Assembly: GCA_964544295.1 (NCBI GenBank)
Contig: CAZJBJ010000002.1
Coordinates: forward strand, 11,494-75,493
From: an uncultured Bifidobacteriaceae bacterium
GTDB taxonomy: Bacteria; Actinomycetota; Acidimicrobiia; IMCC26256; JAENVU01
Direction: 5' to 3'
Length of the DNA: 64,000 nucleotides
In this document: positions 9,504 to 18,434 of the stretch, one piece after another
How the letters are laid out: each line of letters begins with the position of its first letter
Position numbering within the stretch: position 1 is the first letter of the stretch
Notes under the pieces: model-generated
What the model saw: the letters and a program-made list of their open reading frames with translations, nothing else
What the model was told of the DNA's origin: nothing
Database searches by the model: none
Translations under genes and position numbers: made by a program

Positions 9504-9767
9504 CTACCCCGCGGGCGTTGCCAGCATCTGGGAGCGTTCCTGCTCGTTCAGGCCGCCCCAGATCCCGTGCGGTTCCTTGATCGACAGGGCGTAGTCCAGG
9601 CATTCGACCCGCACCGGACACTCCCGGCAGATCACCTTGGCCCGTGCCTCGCGCATCTCGCGCTCGTCTCGCCGTTCCCCGCTCGTCGGTGGGAAGAAGA
9701 CCCCCGACCGGGGACCGCGGCAGGCGGCGCGCACCTGCCAAGTCTCGTTTGCTGTCCCGACACTCAC
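9504..9767 (-). CDS. WhiB family Fe-S transcriptional regulator
   Basis: 87 aa with C..x..CxxCxxxxxC (CRG...CRECPVRVEC) and the GIWGG turn. It is convergent with selB, with 1 nt between the two stop codons. Confidence 0.9.
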   Translation of the reverse strand: MSVGTANETWQVRAACRGPRSGVFFPPTSGERRDEREMREARAKVICRECPVRVECLDYALSIKEPHGIWGGLNEQERSQMLATPAG

Positions 9768-9867
9768 CGGAGCCCTCCTGGAGGATGGCGTGGGGCCTCT
9801 CCGCCGCGACCCGAGGTCGAACCTACTCCCAGGGTGTGACAGGCCACAAGAGCGAGGAAAACCGAAG

Positions 9868-11286
9868 TTATTCGGGCGTCTTGGGCTCCCGGTAGTCCCG
9901 GGCGGCGCCGGTTTCGGGCTCGACTTCGAGCACGAGACCGTCCACCTCGACGACCCGGATGGCCTCGCCCGCCGCGATCGGGGTGGCCCGGTTGGTGCGG
10001 GCCCGCCACCGGGCGCCCCGGATCAGGACGACACCGTCCGGGTCGACCGCGACCGCCGCTTCGCCCTCCTCGCCGATCAGCGACTCCCGCCCGATCGTCG
10101 GCGTGGAGAAGCGGGATCGCACGGCGACTGGCATGGCCGAGGTGAAGAACGCGATGACCGCGGCCATCATCACGACGACCACCCACCAGTACACGTCGAG
10201 CCGCGACGAACCGCCGTAGAGGAACAACGTGCCGACGAGCAGGAGCACGGTGGCGATCACCGTCCACGAATAGGCCCGGCCGGCTTGCACGTCGATCGCG
10301 TACCCGAACATCGCGACGAGGATCAGGACGAGCGCCCAGGTGGTCACCGGCAGATGCGAGAACCCGACGAATGCGCCGACCAGCGCGACGGCACCGGTAC
10401 CGCCGGCGAGGCCGATCGAGATGGTGAAGAACTCGAAGATGATGAGCGCGAGCCCGACGACGAGCAACAGGTAGGCGATCGACGGACTGGTGAGCGTGTG
10501 CACGGCCTGGCCGACGAGATCGAGTTTGCGGAACCGGATCTCGTGGAGCGGTTCGAGACGGCGACCGTCGCCGGTCCCGACGACCTTGGCGGTGCGCAGC
10601 TTGACCGGGCCGTGCGCGGTCTCGACCGTCTGACCGTTGAGCGCCACGAGCAGGTCGCCGATCGTCGCGCACCCGGGCGGCGACGGGCAGACCCGGTCGG
10701 TCACGCCGCGGCGCACCGCCTGGTCGGCCGTCGCCGCGCGGTGGGCGATGAAGGCGTCGTTGCGTTCTTTGGGGACGACGGGCGTCAACGACGCGCCGCC
10801 GTCCTGGTCCAACATCTGGGGATCGAGCGGGCCGATGGTGGACCCGTTTGACACCGCCACGACCGACGCCTGGAGCGCGAGTTCGGCGGCGAGGCCGCGG
10901 GCCTTGGATCCCGACGGGCCGATCCACGCGACGACGGGAACCCGTGAGTTGCGGATCGCACGGAGGAGCGGCCGCGGATCGACATCGACCGCGCCCCCCG
11001 AGTTGAACGTGATGAGCAGCAACGTCGCCCGATCCGCGTTGGCGCCGCGCACCGCATCCCGGATCAGCGCCGCATTGGGCGGATCTACCAGCCCGCCGAT
11101 CTGGATCACGTCGAAGGTCGAGCGCGAGCGTGCCGCCGCGCCGCCGGCCGAGCCGACGCCCACGACACCGACGAGGATCCCGAGCCCGACGAGGACGGCA
11201 CCGAGCCGGCGCAGACCGGACGAGCGGCGCGGTCGAAGATCGGAACCACGCGCTCCCGTAGGCTCACGGCGATGGAGCTGGCTCAC
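9868..11286 (-). CDS. NfeD-family membrane protein (long form: ClpP-like N-domain, polytopic membrane region, C-terminal OB/NfeD domain)
   Basis: Domain order is read from the translation. The C-terminus GEEGEAAVAVDPDGVVLIRGARWRARTNR..IAAGEAIRVVEVDGLVLEVE is a typical NfeD OB domain. I chose the GTG at 11286. The rest of the 819-aa track ORF is antisense to the ArsA-like gene. Confidence 0.7.
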   Translation of the reverse strand: MSQLHRREPTGARGSDLRPRRSSGLRRLGAVLVGLGILVGVVGVGSAGGAAARSRSTFDVIQIGGLVDPPNAALIRDAVRGANADRATLLLITFNSGGAVDVDPRPLLRAIRNSRVPVVAWIGPSGSKARGLAAELALQASVVAVSNGSTIGPLDPQMLDQDGGASLTPVVPKERNDAFIAHRAATADQAVRRGVTDRVCPSPPGCATIGDLLVALNGQTVETAHGPVKLRTAKVVGTGDGRRLEPLHEIRFRKLDLVGQAVHTLTSPSIAYLLLVVGLALIIFEFFTISIGLAGGTGAVALVGAFVGFSHLPVTTWALVLILVAMFGYAIDVQAGRAYSWTVIATVLLLVGTLFLYGGSSRLDVYWWVVVVMMAAVIAFFTSAMPVAVRSRFSTPTIGRESLIGEEGEAAVAVDPDGVVLIRGARWRARTNRATPIAAGEAIRVVEVDGLVLEVEPETGAARDYREPKTPE

Positions 11287-12219
11287 TTTTGCTCCACCTC
11301 CCGGGTGGTCATCGTTGCGGGCAAGGGTGGCGTCGGCAAGACCACGGTCACGGCCACGTTGGCCGTTGCCGCGGCGCGTACCGGCCTCCGGGTGCTGATC
11401 GTCGAGGTCGAGGGTAAATCGGGGCTGTCGACGGCCTTCAATCGGCCCAGCCTCGGATACGAGGAACAGGATCTCGCACCGGGCATTCGGGGACGAACCC
11501 TCACCCCGGATGCCGCCCTCCTGGACTGGCTCGCGGGCAACGGGTTGAAGCGGATCTCGAAGCGGCTGGTGCAGTCCGGGGCGCTCGACGTCGTGGCCAC
11601 GGCGGTGCCCGGGATGAAGGACATCCTCGTACTGGGCAAGGTCAAGAGCCTCGAACAGTCCGGCGCGGCCGATCTGATCATCGTGGACGCGCCCGCGGCC
11701 GGGCACGCGTTGACGTTCCTCACCTCGGCTCACGGTCTGCTCGATGCGGTCGCCGTCGGCCCGGTGCGCAAGCAGGCGGCCGACGTCGTCGCCATGCTCT
11801 CCGATCCGGCGCGCTGCCAGGTCGTGCTCGTCACCCTCCCCGAGGAGACGCCGGTCAACGAAGCCGTCGACACCGCGTTCGCGATCGAGGACCGGGTGGG
11901 GGTGCGGCTCGGACCCATGATCGTGAACGGGTGCTATCCCGACCTCGACCTCCCCGAAGGATCGGCCACCGCCGCGTCGGCCCAGGCGGATGCCGAGCTC
12001 ATCGACGTGTTCGTCTCGGATCACGAGGCGGCCGCTCTCGCGGCGGCCGCCGCCTTCCGCGCCGAACGCACGGCGATCCAGTTGGTCCAGGCGGAACGCC
12101 TCGCCGAGCGGCTCCCGCTCCCCCAGATCCGGCTTCCGTTCGTCTTCACCTCCGAGCTCGGCTTCACCGAGATCGAGACTCTCGCCGACGCCTTCGTCAC
12201 CGGATTGGACGAGCTGTGA
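11272..12219 (+). CDS. ArsA/Get3-like P-loop ATPase (first of a pair)
   Basis: Deviant Walker A VAGKGGVGKTT, plus DAPAAGHAL. Confidence 0.8.
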   Translation: MELAHFCSTSRVVIVAGKGGVGKTTVTATLAVAAARTGLRVLIVEVEGKSGLSTAFNRPSLGYEEQDLAPGIRGRTLTPDAALLDWLAGNGLKRISKRLVQSGALDVVATAVPGMKDILVLGKVKSLEQSGAADLIIVDAPAAGHALTFLTSAHGLLDAVAVGPVRKQAADVVAMLSDPARCQVVLVTLPEETPVNEAVDTAFAIEDRVGVRLGPMIVNGCYPDLDLPEGSATAASAQADAELIDVFVSDHEAAALAAAAAFRAERTAIQLVQAERLAERLPLPQIRLPFVFTSELGFTEIETLADAFVTGLDEL

Positions 12220-12307
12220 AGCGAAGCGCGCACCGACGGCATCGTCGACCGCGGTCGCTGAGCGGGGCCCGACCGGCCTGGCCCGAAGGGCCGAGAGGGG
12301 GACAGTC

Positions 12308-13492
12308 GTGACCGTCCACACGCTCAACGACGTCGTCGATCACGGCGCGATCGCGGTGTGCTGCGGATCCGGTGGCGTGGGCAAGACCACCACCGCCGCG
12401 GTCGTCGCGATCGAAGGCGCGCGCCGCGGCCGCCGGACCGTCGTCGTGACCATCGATCCGGCGAAGCGCCTGGCGAACGCGCTCGGTCTCGACGAGTTGG
12501 CCAACGAGCCGCGCCTGATCGACCCGGCCCGGTGGGATCCCGACAACGACCGCGTCGGCGGCGGGGAACTCTCGGCGATGATGCTGGACACCAAGAGCAC
12601 GTTCGACGGTCTCGTCACCCGGTACGCGGATTCGCCCGAGCAGTCCGAGCGCATCCTCGCCAACGGGTTCTACCGGAACATCTCCGGGGCGCTGTCGGGC
12701 ACGCAGGAATACATGGCGATGGAGAAGCTGCACGAGCTGCACGAGGACGGCGGCTTCGACCTGATCGTGGTGGACACGCCGCCGAGCCGGCACGCGCTCG
12801 ACTTCCTCGACGCGCCGGCCCGGCTGCTCCGCCTCCTCAACAACGCGATCTTCCGCATGCTGATGGTGCCGACCCGCACCTACCTCAAGGTGGCCGGCGC
12901 CGCCGTGCAGGCGTTCATCCGCACGATCTCGCGGGTGGTCGGCGCCGAGGTCGTCGACGACATCGTCGCGTTCTTTCGTTCGTTCGAGGGGATGGAGGAG
13001 GGCTTCCGTACCCGTGCCGAGCGGGTGGTCGAGATCCTCCAGCAGGACTCGACCCGGTTCGTCCTCGTCACCTCACCGCGGCGCGACGCGATCGAGGAGG
13101 CGCGCTTCTTCGCGGAGCAGATCGGCAACCATCACCTCTCGGTCGACGCGCTCGTGGTGAACCGGGTGCACCCGCGCTTCGGCACCGAGCTCTCAGCCGG
13201 GTTGCGTGCCCGCGCCACCTCGCTGCGCGAGCTGCAGTTCTCGAACCGCAGCCAACGCGAGGCGCGCGATCGCCTCGCGGCCCGGTACCAGAACCTCGGC
13301 GAGTTCAACGAGATCGCCGAACGGGAGCGGACCCAGATCGAGACCGTGCGGGTGCGCACGCGATCGGCCGGGGTGGCGTTCGTGCCCTATCTCCCGCACG
13401 ACGTCCACGACTTCACGGCCCTGGCCGAGATCGGCCGGATCCTCTTCGCACCGCCGGAGAACGAGGCGAGACCGCCGGCGAGCGGGGAGTAG
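12308..13492 (+). CDS. ArsA/Get3-like P-loop ATPase (second of a pair)
   Basis: In-frame GTG at 12308. CCGSGGVGKTTTAA, TIDPAKRLA, VVDTPPSRHALDFL. Confidence 0.8.
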   Translation: MTVHTLNDVVDHGAIAVCCGSGGVGKTTTAAVVAIEGARRGRRTVVVTIDPAKRLANALGLDELANEPRLIDPARWDPDNDRVGGGELSAMMLDTKSTFDGLVTRYADSPEQSERILANGFYRNISGALSGTQEYMAMEKLHELHEDGGFDLIVVDTPPSRHALDFLDAPARLLRLLNNAIFRMLMVPTRTYLKVAGAAVQAFIRTISRVVGAEVVDDIVAFFRSFEGMEEGFRTRAERVVEILQQDSTRFVLVTSPRRDAIEEARFFAEQIGNHHLSVDALVVNRVHPRFGTELSAGLRARATSLRELQFSNRSQREARDRLAARYQNLGEFNEIAERERTQIETVRVRTRSAGVAFVPYLPHDVHDFTALAEIGRILFAPPENEARPPASGE

Positions 13493-13502
13493 CGTTTCCG
13501 CC

Positions 13503-13892
13503 GTGACCACGATCCTCGTTGCCGCCGAAGCCTCCTGGATTCGCGACCAGGTGACCACCGCGTTCGCCGGATCCGGCCAGCAGGTCGTCGAGGTGCGGCG
13601 CGGGCAGGACGTACGTGACGCCGTCGCCCAGCACGCTCCCGACCTCGTCGTGCTCGACATGCAGATCGCCAACATGGGCGGGATCGCCTGCGCGATCGAC
13701 CTGCGGATGGAGGCGGCCGAGGGCCGCGTCCCCCCGACGAAGATCCTGCTCCTGCTCGATCGGGAGGCCGACCGGTTCCTGGCCAAGCGGGCCGACGCCG
13801 ACGCCGAAGTGGTCAAGCCGGTCGACGCCGGGATCCTGCGCCGGGTGGCGAAACCGTTGCTCGGCCCCACGCCGGCTCCGGCTCCGAGCTAG
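13503..13892 (+). CDS. Stand-alone receiver (REC) domain response regulator, no output domain
   Basis: GTG at 13503, 129 aa. ILVAAEAS...DLVVLDMQ...KPV layout of CheY-like receivers. Confidence 0.65.
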   Translation: MTTILVAAEASWIRDQVTTAFAGSGQQVVEVRRGQDVRDAVAQHAPDLVVLDMQIANMGGIACAIDLRMEAAEGRVPPTKILLLLDREADRFLAKRADADAEVVKPVDAGILRRVAKPLLGPTPAPAPS

Positions 13893-13917
13893 CGGGTCGC
13901 TACACTCTCGCCCCTTA

Positions 13918-13995
13918 CGGGATGTGGCGCAGTTTGGTTAGCGCGCAGCGTTCGGGACGCTGAGGCCCCGGGTTCAAATCCCGGCATCCCGACCA
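13918..13995 (+). tRNA. tRNA-Pro (anticodon CGG), CCA encoded
   Basis: Cloverleaf folded by hand: acceptor CGGGATG/CATCCCG, D stem GCGC/GCGC, anticodon stem CAGCG/CGCTG with loop TTCGGGA, T arm CCGGG-TTCAAAT-CCCGG, discriminator A, then CCA. Confidence 0.9.
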
Positions 13996-14067
13996 CCTTT
14001 TCGGCTGGTCACCACCAGATCCATCGGCCGCATGCCGCGCCCGATCCGCATCCACCGCCGCGCGTCG

Positions 14068-14862
14068 TCAACGACGGCGAGCAGTCACCAACGTGGCGGT
14101 GAGAGGGCGAACGATCCACCCGTCGTAGCTCGTCTCGATGAGGGCCTCGACCTCGGCAAGCATCGCGTCGCGGGCTTCCGGATCGGTCATGGCCCGACTG
14201 TTCGAGTCGGTCCGCTTGAGCTCCGTGTAGCCCCGAGCCGTGTAGCGCTGATCCCAGCGGTAGCGATGGATCGACGGCTCGTCGAAATCCGGTGAGGCGA
14301 CGATCTCATCCACGAACGCGGGAACCAGTTCCTCGTGGGTCGGCGCGGGCTCGTACGTTCCCGGCAGTCCGTGCCGGCTGAACACGTGGTGGACCTCGTC
14401 GAAGAACCCTCGGTCGGTGGGTGACGAGACCTGGTTGAGCGCGATCAGCACCAGGTGTCCGCCCGGTCGGAGCAGCGTCGCCGGTCGGCTCATCCGCACT
14501 TCGGGCGACACCCAGTGGTAACTCGATGCCGCGACCACCGCGTCGAACGAGCCCGGGGCGAGGTCGACGTCCTCGAAGGGCCCGACGATGAGTTCGACGG
14601 TCGGGAGGTTGCGGGCGAGGACCGCGGCCAGATGGGGACCCAGCTCGACCGCGGTCACATTCGCGCCTCGGGCAACCAGCCCCTGCGTTGCCTGGCCCGT
14701 GCCGGGACCCACCTCGAGCACCATCGGTGACTCCGGCAGCGTGGCGGCCAACTCGTCGAAGAGTTCGTCGGGGTAGCCGGGACGCACCCGGTCGTAGAGC
14801 TCGGCCACCTCATCGAACCCCTCGCGCCAGGCTCGGGGAAGGTCGGACGCGGGCACGCGCAC
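14068..14862 (-). CDS. Class I SAM-dependent methyltransferase
   Basis: Motif I VLEVGPGTGQAT, then the post-I acidic VTAVE. Confidence 0.8.
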   Translation of the reverse strand: MRVPASDLPRAWREGFDEVAELYDRVRPGYPDELFDELAATLPESPMVLEVGPGTGQATQGLVARGANVTAVELGPHLAAVLARNLPTVELIVGPFEDVDLAPGSFDAVVAASSYHWVSPEVRMSRPATLLRPGGHLVLIALNQVSSPTDRGFFDEVHHVFSRHGLPGTYEPAPTHEELVPAFVDEIVASPDFDEPSIHRYRWDQRYTARGYTELKRTDSNSRAMTDPEARDAMLAEVEALIETSYDGWIVRPLTATLVTARRR

Positions 14863-14888
14863 TTCTTAGCCCATCAACGTCCCACTAT

Positions 14889-14908
14889 CCGTAACGATTG
14901 TGTTACGG
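14889..14908. promoter_or_regulatory. Inverted repeat CCGTAAC-gattgt-GTTACGG, candidate ArsR-family operator
   Basis: Perfect 7-bp arms located 42 bp upstream of the ArsR-family GTG start, in the divergent intergenic region. Confidence 0.45.
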
Positions 14909-14949
14909 TAACCTCACGGTGACCGAGGTCGGTCGCGAGGAGGTACCTG

Positions 14950-15279
14950 GTGAGTTCCGCGAGGTCGAGCGGCGATCCGTTCGAGGCGCTCGGCGATGCA
15001 CATCGACGGGAGATCCTGCGGTTGCTGAGTGTCGGCGACAAGCCGGTGCACGAACTCGCCGACGCGCTCCCGATCAGCCGGCCCGCGGTCTCACGCCACT
15101 TGCGGTTACTGAAGAGCGCCGGGCTGGTCGCCGAAGAGCGACGCGGAACCGAGCGGGTCTATCACCTTCAGGAACACGGGTTACAGACGGTGCACGAATA
15201 CCTGGAACGCGTGTGGGGCGACGCGGCCGGACGGTTCCGCCTGGTTGCCGAGAACACGCAGCGAAGGCGGCGGACGTGA
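14950..15279 (+). CDS. ArsR/SmtB family transcriptional regulator
   Basis: ALGDAHRREILRLL....PVHELADALPISRPAVSRHLRLLKSAGLV winged HTH. GTG start. Confidence 0.85.
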   Translation: MSSARSSGDPFEALGDAHRREILRLLSVGDKPVHELADALPISRPAVSRHLRLLKSAGLVAEERRGTERVYHLQEHGLQTVHEYLERVWGDAAGRFRLVAENTQRRRRT

Positions 15280-15719
15280 CCGAGCCGCTGCAGTTGTCGT
15301 ACGAAGTCGATTGCGCGGCCGACCACGCCTTCGAGGTCTGGACCTCACGTATCAGCGTGTGGTGGCCCCTGGACCACACGATGAGCGGGGATCCGGACGC
15401 GATCGTGCTCGAGGGCCAGGTCGGCGGGCGCATCTTCGAACGGGCTCGCGACGGCACCGAGCACGCGTGGGGCGTCGTCACCGACTGGGACCCGCCTCGC
15501 GGGCTCACGTTCACGTGGCACCTGGGACGCCCTGCCGACGAGGCCACCGAAGTCGCAGTGCGCTTCCTCAGTGAGGAGGACACGCACACGATTGTCACGA
15601 TCGAGCATCGGGGTTGGGAGCGGCTCGCGAAGCTCGGCGACGTGCGCGAGCGGACGCGCGACAACTGGGGATCCGTCGTCGGCCGCTTTGCCGACGCGAT
15701 ACGAAGCGAAGGGACCTGA
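15276..15719 (+). CDS. SRPBCC/AHSA1-domain protein
   Basis: The GTG at 15276 overlaps the ArsR stop (GTGA). The ArsR + SRPBCC pairing is common. Motifs W..W...HT and WHLGRP..E.T.V.V.F. Confidence 0.7.
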   Translation: MTEPLQLSYEVDCAADHAFEVWTSRISVWWPLDHTMSGDPDAIVLEGQVGGRIFERARDGTEHAWGVVTDWDPPRGLTFTWHLGRPADEATEVAVRFLSEEDTHTIVTIEHRGWERLAKLGDVRERTRDNWGSVVGRFADAIRSEGT

Positions 15720-16127
15720 ATGATGAACGGTGCGGGAACGAAGGACGATCCGTGGCGTCTCACGACGCCACCCGGGTCGTCGGCATACACGATGTACCGC
15801 GACGAGGATGCGGATCCACCAGCCCTGGTGTGTCAGGTAGGCAGCACGAAGCTGACCTATCACCTTCAGGCGATCGAGGACCTTCACGCGTGGCTGGTGG
15901 AGCAACGCGACTGGGTGCCGCTCGGCGCCGCCGACGAGCAGAAACCCGCGGCCGATGGCACCGTTGAAGCATGGGGCCGATCTGCGTCGAATCCGGTGCA
16001 CGGGTGGTACGGCCTGAAGAAGGGCTATCGCGGTCGCTTCGGCATGTACCTGCCGCCGCTCCTCGAAGCGCTCGGCCTCGCAGAACTCACCCACGAGAAG
16101 CGCAACAACCAGATGCGAGCGAAGTAG
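15720..16127 (+). CDS. Conserved hypothetical protein (actinobacterial DUF family)
   Basis: 135-aa ORF starting directly after the previous stop. KDDPW..TPPG.S.YTMYRD and GRFGMYLPPLLEALGLAE look like a conserved family that I cannot name with certainty. Confidence 0.55.
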   Translation: MMNGAGTKDDPWRLTTPPGSSAYTMYRDEDADPPALVCQVGSTKLTYHLQAIEDLHAWLVEQRDWVPLGAADEQKPAADGTVEAWGRSASNPVHGWYGLKKGYRGRFGMYLPPLLEALGLAELTHEKRNNQMRAK

Positions 16128-16140
16128 GAGGCGAACGACG

Positions 16141-16455
16141 ATGACGAATGCGATCGTGGTGCGCTACCGCACCACCTCAGAAGCGGCGGACGAGAACCTC
16201 CAGGCTGTGCGTGACGTCTACGAGGAGCTCGCCTCGCACCGGCCCGATGGATTTCACTACCTGACGCTCCAACTTGAGGATGGCGTCTCGTTCGTCCATA
16301 TCGCGATCCACGACGACGACGTCGAGAACCCCCTCTCCGAAAGCGGTGCGTTCGCGCGGTTCCAAGCCGGACTTGCCGACCGCGTCGTCGAGGGTCCCGA
16401 ACCGAGCAGGGGCAGCGTGGTCGGCTCCTACGCCTTCGGGTTGGGCGACCAGTAG
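16141..16455 (+). CDS. Small ABM/Dabb-like (antibiotic biosynthesis monooxygenase-like) protein
   Basis: 104 aa with a beta-alpha-beta-like pattern. Weak assignment by eye. Confidence 0.4.
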   Translation: MTNAIVVRYRTTSEAADENLQAVRDVYEELASHRPDGFHYLTLQLEDGVSFVHIAIHDDDVENPLSESGAFARFQAGLADRVVEGPEPSRGSVVGSYAFGLGDQ

Positions 16456-16490
16456 CACGAACTCAGCGAGCGAACCGCTCACGACGCTGG

Positions 16491-17063
16491 TCAGGTTCGC
16501 CGACTGTCCGGTGGACTCCCGTCGCGATCGTCATTTTCGAAGTCGGTTGCCTCCGGGGCGGATCGGGCCGACGGCCGTTCGAGTCGCATGACGAGGCACC
16601 GGTCACCGTCGAACTCACGCTCGCCGTCGGGCACGAAACCCACTCGGGCGTAGAAGGCGATCGCCCGGTGGTTGGTCACCAGTGGGTCGATCATCACGAC
16701 GCGGGCGCGGTGCAGTTCGAAGATGCGGCCGAGGGCCGCTTCCATCACGGCGGTTCCGAGGCCGCGCCCGCGATCGGACGGCGACCCGATCCAGATGTCG
16801 ATCGCCCACGTGCCCGATCCGACCTCGCCCCAATAGTGCGACTCGTCGTTGAGGGCGTCGATGAGCTGCACGAAGCCGATCGGTCGACCGTCTTCGGTGG
16901 CGATGAGCAGCTCCCGCCACGGAACGGCTCGAGCGAGTTCGGTCGGCCAGTCGTACCAGTCAATGCCACGCCCACCCAATGCCGCCGCGACGTCAGGATC
17001 GTCGTCCCACTCCGCGATCAAGCCGACGTCATCGATGCGCATCAGTCGCAACTCGACCATCAC
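16491..17063 (-). CDS. GNAT family N-acetyltransferase (aminoglycoside 6'-N-acetyltransferase-like)
   Basis: Acetyl-CoA motif RGRGLGTAVMEAAL and NHRAIAFYARVGF. Confidence 0.8.
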   Translation of the reverse strand: MMVELRLMRIDDVGLIAEWDDDPDVAAALGGRGIDWYDWPTELARAVPWRELLIATEDGRPIGFVQLIDALNDESHYWGEVGSGTWAIDIWIGSPSDRGRGLGTAVMEAALGRIFELHRARVVMIDPLVTNHRAIAFYARVGFVPDGEREFDGDRCLVMRLERPSARSAPEATDFENDDRDGSPPDSRRT

Positions 17064-17164
17064 CCCAGGGTACGCGGACCCCGGAGATTGGACCCATCGA
17101 CATCGACGCTCAATCCGCCGTACCCCTAGCCTTGAGCTCCACGCCGACGGGCCGAGGAGATGGC

Positions 17165-17461
17165 ATGGCGACGCTGCACATCGAGCATCCGATCACCGAT
17201 CTCGACACCTGGCTCGGTGCCTTCAACACCTTTGCCGACGCCCGCGCGAACGCCGGAGTCCGGTCACAGCGCGTCCGTCAACCGGTCGATGATCCGTGCT
17301 ACATCGTCGTCGACCTGGAGTTCGACGATCCCGATGCGGCCCACGGTTTCAAGGAGTTCCTGGAGGGCGTCGTCTGGCAGTCCCAGGACCTGTCACCGGG
17401 GCTCGACGGCGTCCCGACGGCGCGTGTGCTCGACGACGTCGATCCCGACAACGGGCCGTAG
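17165..17461 (+). CDS. Small hypothetical protein
   Basis: In-frame ATG at 17165 (MATLHIEHPITDLDTW...), 98 aa, coding-like composition. Confidence 0.4.
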   Translation: MATLHIEHPITDLDTWLGAFNTFADARANAGVRSQRVRQPVDDPCYIVVDLEFDDPDAAHGFKEFLEGVVWQSQDLSPGLDGVPTARVLDDVDPDNGP

Positions 17462-17565
17462 AGCACCGACGCCGTCGCACTCACGTGCGACCGGAGTGGT
17501 CCTCAGCCTTGCCGCGCTCGGCTCGTAGCCGAATCAGTCCCGCCGCGGCTTCCTACGATGGTCCA

Positions 17566-18222
17566 GTGCGCAGATTCGACCTCGTGATCTTCGATTGCGA
17601 CGGAGTGCTCGTCGACAGCGAGCGGCTGATCGTGAAGCTCGAAGCCCAGATCTGTCAGGAACGAGGGTGGCCGTTGACGGAGGACGATGTCATCCGCGAG
17701 TTCGTCGGTCTCTCGGATCACGCCATGCGTGCACGGCTCTCCGAGTTGGTGGGCGAGAAACTGACTGAGGACTGGGACGCCGAATACGCAGACCGGTACC
17801 AGAAGGCACTCGCGGAGGATGTCGAGGCGGTCTCCGGAGTCGCGGCCGCCATTGATGCCATCGAGCGCGCGGGTCTCGTCACCTGCGTGGCGTCGAGTGG
17901 CAGTCATCAGAAGATGGCGCTCACGCTCGGCAGGACCGGCATGCTTTCCAGGTTCAACGGACGGATCTTCAGCTCGAGCGACTCGGAGGTCGCGCGAGGC
18001 AAACCTGCCCCGGATTTGTTCCTGCACGCCGCCGCGTCCATGGGCGTCGAACCCAGCCGATGCGCGGTCGTCGAGGACAGCCCCTTCGGTCTCGTCGCAG
18101 CACTTGACGCCGGCATGAGCCCGTTCGGCTTCTCCGGCAGCGTGATGCCGGCCCACCGGCTCGCGATCGACGGCGTGACGATGTTCGAAGCGATGGCCGA
18201 CCTTCCCGGGCTCGTCATCTGA
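17566..18222 (+). CDS. HAD-superfamily hydrolase (subfamily IA, phosphatase/beta-phosphoglucomutase-like)
   Basis: Motif I DLVIFDCDGVLVDSE, motif II VASSG, motif III KPAPD, motif IV VEDS. GTG at 17566. Confidence 0.8.
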   Translation: MRRFDLVIFDCDGVLVDSERLIVKLEAQICQERGWPLTEDDVIREFVGLSDHAMRARLSELVGEKLTEDWDAEYADRYQKALAEDVEAVSGVAAAIDAIERAGLVTCVASSGSHQKMALTLGRTGMLSRFNGRIFSSSDSEVARGKPAPDLFLHAAASMGVEPSRCAVVEDSPFGLVAALDAGMSPFGFSGSVMPAHRLAIDGVTMFEAMADLPGLVI

Positions 18223-18434
18223 TAGTGAACGAACACAGCCGTGAGGGAGTGGGTACGCCGTCCTGGACGGTATGGCGCCAGCACCGATTGAGTCTCGGGC
18301 GGCAGCGATCCCAGCTCCGGGCGAGGTCACGTGCGGTGTATCGACTCGTGGTCGCCTCCCGTGACGGGCCGCATTCGTCAGGAGCAGCGCAGCGAGCACC
18401 GCTCGGTCGACCCCGGGCGCGGTTCGACCGGGTC

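Noticed and set aside
11287-12327. The N-terminal 347 aa of the 819-aa minus-strand ORF (9868-12327).
   Set aside because: This part is antisense to the well-supported ArsA-like gene and has no protein-like features. The NfeD gene was trimmed to the GTG at 11286.
15717-15771. Possible selenocysteine read-through. The SRPBCC gene ends in TGA (15717-19), the next ORF is in the same frame, and a perfect 8-bp hairpin GTGGCGTC-tcac-GACGCCAC lies 35 nt downstream. selA and selB are in the same window.
   Set aside because: The TGA is followed directly by ATGATG, and the downstream protein family normally starts at this point. The SRPBCC domain is complete at the stop. The hairpin loop lacks the GU typical of bacterial SECIS elements, and no Cys-homologue context is evident. 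It could be formally excluded with bSECISearch and homologue alignment.
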